A DNA stretch of 31,933 nucleotides from assembly GCA_016929175.1 (NCBI GenBank), contig JAFGJI010000031.1, positions 1-31,933 on the forward strand. Reading direction: 5' to 3'. Below are positions 27,588 to 31,933 of this stretch, in pieces. Under the pieces are notes generated by a model, which was not told the DNA's origin, did not search any database, and saw only the letters and a list, made by a program, of their open reading frames with translations. Origin of the DNA: Thermoplasmatota archaeon. GTDB lineage: Archaea; Thermoplasmatota; Penumbrarchaeia; Penumbrarchaeales; Penumbrarchaeaceae. The position numbers and the translations under genes were made by a program. The first letter of the stretch is position 1, and each line of letters starts with the position of its first letter.

Positions 27588-27622
27588 AAAAAAAAAGCGC
27601 CCCCCTTTTTAGGGAGGCGCTT
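27588..27622 (-). terminator. Hairpin + U-tract terminator after the 750-aa surface protein gene
   Basis: On the - strand: AAGCGCCTCCCT-AAAA-AGGGGGGCGCTT (12-bp stem, one G-U) running into a T9 tract (27596-27588), then GTAC. Confidence 0.75.
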
Positions 27623-27636
27623 GGCTCATTGATGTC

Positions 27637-29889
27637 TCACTGCGGAGGCATCGGTGTTTCCGGAATGGGTTCCTCGGGAACCGGTTCCTCGGGGGCGGGC
27701 ATTTCAGGTTCCACGGGGGGCTCTTCGGAGCCTTCCATCGGGAACTCGCCTTCCTCGGGTGGGACCTCGGTTTCCTCTGTCGGCATCTCGCCTTCTTCCG
27801 GCGGCGGCATCTCTTCCTCGAGGGGTGCCTCCGGTTCTTCCTCTTTCTTGCCCTTCATCATGAAGACGACAATGAGGATGATGGCTATCACGATGACGAT
27901 CACGATGATCAGTATGATGAGCCAGAGCCAGCTATCCTCTTCTTCGTCATCATCCACAACATCATCATCGTCAACGACGGGTATAAGGTGTACGACCGCG
28001 CTCTTTCCGGCAGAATCGTATCCCGCCTTCAGGGTAGGTGCCAGTAGAGTGCCACCGTGGTCCTCAAGAGTTGCAACGAAGAACAGATTGAAATCATCCT
28101 TCGTGATCCCCGCATCGTCGAGGTCGGACAGGGCTATTCTGAAGACCATGTCGTTTCCGGTGATCGTCGCATCGGTCGCATCCAGGTAATCCCATAAGAA
28201 ACCTATGCTGTAGACATCGGCCTCGGCGGGCTCGAAGTCCATATCGGGTGATGCCTGGTTGAACTTGGTTTCGGTGAATGTTGACTTCACGAAATAGAGC
28301 CTGTATTCCGGTACTTTGTAGTTCCCGTCTACCATGTCAGCAAGTGACAGGGTGTAGGGAGCTCCTGCAAAGGTTATGGTCACCACCAGTTCGGTATCCT
28401 CGAGCGCGGTTGCGATCGCGGTGATATCAATGCCCTGGTAATCGGCCGCCAGCCTGAGATTGCTGTAGGTGTAGGGGGGCACGAGACCTCCTATATCGGC
28501 CACGACCACATCTCCGGACCCCTCGGTATAGTTGACGACCACATCATCGGCGGTCCATGTGGGGGCTGGTTCCGTAACATTGACCCAGAAGTACAGGAGA
28601 TCCGAGGTCAGGTCACCGTCGGTGACCCAGACGGTGATGTTGTAGATACCCTCGTCGGACCAATTGTAAAGGAAATAGTCCATGTTCCAGTCCTCAACCT
28701 CGACCTCATCGATGTACCACATGATGGTCAGCTCCTCGCTGTCGATATCATCGACAGAAACGGAGACGTTCACGGCCTCCAGAGGCTCGACATCGAGCTG
28801 GTCTCCCATCTCGATCGTGTCGAACATTATGGTCGGTGCGTCGTTGACCCCAGTTACATTGAACCAGAGTGTCTCTGTAACAACGTTTGCACCGTCGCTG
28901 ACCGTGAGGACAGCTTCCCAGATGCCGAACATGTTCTCGTCCCCGATGAAGTGGAACCAGCATGGGATCGACTCGTTCATGAGCGCGAGGGTGTAGTAAT
29001 CTCCTTCTGCGATCTCGTACGTGAGCTCGTCCTTTGCGGTCTCCACATCGGTCGCGTTGACGGTGAAGTTGACCTCCATCTCGTCCTCCATGATCGGGAG
29101 ATCTATTACCTCCACCGTGGTCCAGTTGATCGCCTCGCCGGAAGTCTCGTTCCATTCGGTCTCGATGGTCCTTTCCACGACCGTGTAGGTCGTATCCTTG
29201 TATTCGATGCCTATTATGATCGGATCATCATTGACCGCCGATACAGTGAAGGTGTATGTGTTGTTGACCTCCATGCCGTTTACGTCGGTGGCGAAGACCT
29301 TCACATCCTCGGTACCGGACCATTCTGCTGCAGGGGTCACTGTCCATATGGCGTATTCCCCCTCGCCTTTGGCGAAGGTGAGGTTCTCCGGGGCAGCTTC
29401 CTCGGCAAAGGTCAATCCCTCGCCACTGAACTCAGCGGAGAGGTTCCATTCCAGTGGAACGTCCTCTTCCATGGCGACAGCGCTGGTCCCTATGAACTCG
29501 GGATAGGCGAACACATGGAACGTACCGGTGGTGTTCCACTCGGCACTGTCGGTGTTGTTCGTCACCATGACCATCCAATCGTGGTCTCCGGCCACTGCGG
29601 TCCAAACCCATTCAAAGTAGTCATGATCCGTATTGTACGTTGGTGTACCAGTGACCACCTCATTGAGTTTCAGTTCCACGGTGAAATCCGCAGCGATGTC
29701 CCATTCGTACCCCCAACCTGTAAGGTTGAAGACAACGTCATCTCCTGCATATATCGGTCCCTCGGTAACAGTTACGCTGAGCGTTGTGGGGTTTTCAGCT
29801 CCCTCTACAAAGAACAACCCAGCGAATGCCACCGCAAATAGGGCCATGGTCAGAGTTATGGCCATGGCTCTTCTTTTCATTGTGCTCAT
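27637..29889 (-). CDS. Very acidic surface glycoprotein with Ig-like (tandem-95-like) repeats, TM anchor and Pro/Glu-rich cytoplasmic tail
   Basis: Signal peptide MSTMKRRAMAITLTMALFAVAFAG; VNDDP/VNDAP motifs; many N-x-S/T sequons; TM WLWLIILII.. followed by KGKK; GGTGGTGA SD. Confidence 0.85.
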   Translation of the reverse strand: MSTMKRRAMAITLTMALFAVAFAGLFFVEGAENPTTLSVTVTEGPIYAGDDVVFNLTGWGYEWDIAADFTVELKLNEVVTGTPTYNTDHDYFEWVWTAVAGDHDWMVMVTNNTDSAEWNTTGTFHVFAYPEFIGTSAVAMEEDVPLEWNLSAEFSGEGLTFAEEAAPENLTFAKGEGEYAIWTVTPAAEWSGTEDVKVFATDVNGMEVNNTYTFTVSAVNDDPIIIGIEYKDTTYTVVERTIETEWNETSGEAINWTTVEVIDLPIMEDEMEVNFTVNATDVETAKDELTYEIAEGDYYTLALMNESIPCWFHFIGDENMFGIWEAVLTVSDGANVVTETLWFNVTGVNDAPTIMFDTIEMGDQLDVEPLEAVNVSVSVDDIDSEELTIMWYIDEVEVEDWNMDYFLYNWSDEGIYNITVWVTDGDLTSDLLYFWVNVTEPAPTWTADDVVVNYTEGSGDVVVADIGGLVPPYTYSNLRLAADYQGIDITAIATALEDTELVVTITFAGAPYTLSLADMVDGNYKVPEYRLYFVKSTFTETKFNQASPDMDFEPAEADVYSIGFLWDYLDATDATITGNDMVFRIALSDLDDAGITKDDFNLFFVATLEDHGGTLLAPTLKAGYDSAGKSAVVHLIPVVDDDDVVDDDEEEDSWLWLIILIIVIVIVIAIILIVVFMMKGKKEEEPEAPLEEEMPPPEEGEMPTEETEVPPEEGEFPMEGSEEPPVEPEMPAPEEPVPEEPIPETPMPPQ

Positions 29890-30383
29890 TATTTTTCACC
29901 ACCTATTGTAGTTACCATTCGGCTCTGTTTTTCTTAGCCAGAGTGAACCAGTCCCCATTCAGCTCACCCTTGTTAGAAAAATATTGTACAATTATATAAG
30001 GGTTTCCCGCAATTCTTAACTTATTGTCGAACATTTTTCACATCACCTTCTAATTAAAATGTATATTTTTCAACAAACGGGGTCATCCTTCGATGGAAGC
30101 GGATCGGATCCGGGGAGCCTGGATATTCCCGATGATGCTCTTCGATTTAAGGTCAGTGTCTTCGGACCATGCCGCCATATAACTTGTCAAAAGGGCAGCT
30201 TTGTTGGTATAGCATGAGCATATGTCTCGTAAGGCAGGTAACGCTCATATACTCGAATGAAGCAATATAAATAGGAGTACTCTTTTGCCCGATTGACCTT
30301 AGGGGACCGGACATATCTTCGATACCGGTCTCTTATCAATAAGGGACGATGCATCTACGAGGAAAAAGATCGGTGATGAAGGA

Positions 30384-31742
30384 TTGATATCCATGATGGA
30401 TGGGACGGACTGGAAAAGGACGAAGTTTGCGGCAGAGATCGGGGAAGAGGACTACAACACCGAGGTCACTCTTTGCGGGTGGGTCCAGTATACCAGGAAC
30501 CTTGGAAAGATGGCCTTTGTCCACCTCAGGGACAGAAGCGGTGTCGCACAGATAACCGCCCTGTCAAAAACGATGGATAAGGATCTCTTTGATCTGATAG
30601 TCTCCGTTCCCAGGGAGTCCTCGCTTTCGGTCAGGGGGATCATCAAGCAGTCCCCCCAGGCCAAGGCCGGATGGGAGATCATTCCGTACCAGGTGCAAGT
30701 CCTAGGGATCGCAAAGACCCCTCTTCCGCTGGGTGTCGTTGATAGGGTCGATGCTGACATGGAGACGAGGCTTGACAACAGGTTCCTTGACCTGAGGAAG
30801 CAGGAGATACAGGCCATATTCAAGATCCGCTCGACCATACTTGCCGCCGCACGGGAGGTATTCCTTGAGGAAGGGTTCATCGAGATCCAGACACCGAAGA
30901 TAGTCGCAACGGCGACCGAGGGCGGAACCGCGCTGTTCGAGATGAAGTACTTCGACAAGAAGGCCTATCTGAACCAATCACCGCAGCTCTTCAAACAGAC
31001 CATGATGTCGACCGGGCTGGACCGGGTTTTCGAGATAGGACCTGCCTTCAGGGCCGAGGAGCATGATACGAGAAGACATCTCAACGAGTATACATCCATC
31101 GATATAGAGATGGCATACGCAGATCTCGAGGACTGCATGGGAATTCTCGAGATGGTGGTCCAGAGGGTCTATACCAATGTGCTAAACAACAACTTCATCG
31201 ACCTGGATGTCCTGAACCAGCAGATAGTTGCTCCGGAGAGGCCTTTTCCCAGGCTGAGGTACGGATGCATCATTGAAAAACTCCAGAAAGCAGGTCTTGA
31301 GGTTAGGGACGAGAATACGGGACGGAACCGTTTGATCGAGTGGGGTGACGACATCCCGCTGGAAGGTTTCAAGGAGATCGCCAGGGACAGACCTTCCCTT
31401 TATTTCGTGACAGAGTGGCCCATGAAACTGAAACCTTTCTACATCCACCCTCACCCGGAGGATCCCGAGTTATCTCTGGGGTTCGACCTCAATTACGGGG
31501 AGAAGGAGATCGTTTCCGGAGGTCAGAGGGTCCACGAACCGGATCTCCTGAAGGAGATGCTTAAGAAGTACGGATTGGATGCAGAAACCTTCGGTTTCTA
31601 CACAAAGGCGTTCGACTACGGTATGCCGCCCCACGCCGGTTGGGGCCTGGGGGCGGAGCGTTTGACGATGATCATAACCGGGGCCCCGAACGTCAGAGAG
31701 ACCGTCCTGTTCCCCAGGGACAGATACAGGCTGGTCCCTTGA
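30384..31742 (+). CDS. aspS: Aspartate--tRNA ligase, archaeal type
   Basis: OB anticodon domain (GWV..R.LG..F..LRDRSG), motif 1 [19 protein letters not shown], motif 2 FRAEE, motif 3 [13 protein letters not shown]. The start may be ATG 30393 or 30396. Confidence 0.97.
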   Translation: MISMMDGTDWKRTKFAAEIGEEDYNTEVTLCGWVQYTRNLGKMAFVHLRDRSGVAQITALSKTMDKDLFDLIVSVPRESSLSVRGIIKQSPQAKAGWEIIPYQVQVLGIAKTPLPLGVVDRVDADMETRLDNRFLDLRKQEIQAIFKIRSTILAAAREVFLEEGFIEIQTPKIVATATEGGTALFEMKYFDKKAYLNQSPQLFKQTMMSTGLDRVFEIGPAFRAEEHDTRRHLNEYTSIDIEMAYADLEDCMGILEMVVQRVYTNVLNNNFIDLDVLNQQIVAPERPFPRLRYGCIIEKLQKAGLEVRDENTGRNRLIEWGDDIPLEGFKEIARDRPSLYFVTEWPMKLKPFYIHPHPEDPELSLGFDLNYGEKEIVSGGQRVHEPDLLKEMLKKYGLDAETFGFYTKAFDYGMPPHAGWGLGAERLTMIITGAPNVRETVLFPRDRYRLVP

Positions 31743-31856
31743 GGAAAGCAGTGTCATGCCGCATGGCAATTCGCGAAATGACGCAATATTGTGGGTCATG
31801 ACCATTCGTTATTGTTGCATACTGGCTAAGGCATGTTAACATAGAATAAAAGGTAC

Positions 31857-31884
31857 AAAAAAAAGGGGACCCCATTGGGCCCCC
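31857..31884 (-). terminator. Hairpin + U-tract terminator for a convergent gene entering from the right edge
   Basis: On the - strand: GGGGGCCC-AATG-GGGTCCCC followed by T8 and GTAC. Confidence 0.6.
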
Positions 31885-31908
31885 CTGGAAAAAAGGCCAG
31901 CTTTCCGA

Positions 31909-31933
31909 TCAGATCTTCTTGCTTCCCTTGAGG
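31909..31933 (-). CDS. Possible 3' end of a convergent gene (…LKGSKKI*)
   Basis: Only 8 codons are visible; inferred from the TGA at 31909-31911 lying just upstream of a - strand terminator. Confidence 0.25.

Noticed and set aside
28951-29841. 296-aa + strand ORF
   Set aside because: Antisense shadow of the surface protein gene.
29890-30383. ncRNA or riboswitch in the divergent intergenic region
   Set aside because: Only short 4-6-bp stems and no complete C/D box or riboswitch motif; consistent with two promoters.
1-31933. CRISPR array, IS element, integrase, Sec/Pyl recoding; scarcity of CTAG
   Set aside because: No spaced repeats, terminal inverted repeats or recombinase motifs were seen, and the only internal stop is TAA. 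CTAG depletion is common in prokaryotes and not informative.

Overview
Archaeal chromosomal DNA, most likely Thermoplasmatota (inference from the archaeal-type AspRS, a DUF6015-like protein, GGTGA-type Shine-Dalgarno sites, TATA boxes and acidic secreted Ig-like proteins). Left to right it holds: a membrane-anchored double winged-helix regulator (open at the 5' edge), tRNA-Asn(GUU), two secreted surface proteins, an accessory block (nonsense-interrupted GNAT, flavodoxin-like, ICMT-like, MBL hydrolase), two tandem double-length Lrp/AsnC paralogs, a Cys-cluster protein, ilvE, a MacB/LolCDE-like ABC pair, DUF2703, a MenA-like prenyltransferase, a protein disulfide oxidoreductase, a DUF6015-like protein, a coupled pair of membrane-anchored multi-OB-fold protein and DUF112/TctA-like permease, an 868-aa helical-repeat protein, two more surface proteins and aspS. 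No integrase, transposase or CRISPR array was seen. The best candidate for an undescribed system is the OB-fold + TctA-like pair (19456-22010), a possible nucleic-acid uptake module. Other leads are an inverted copy of the tRNA 3' end, Lrp paralogs with conserved HTHs but diverged sensor domains, a probable CTG start, a domain shared by three surface proteins, and hairpin+U-tract terminators. All family calls are motif recognition by eye; no database search was run.
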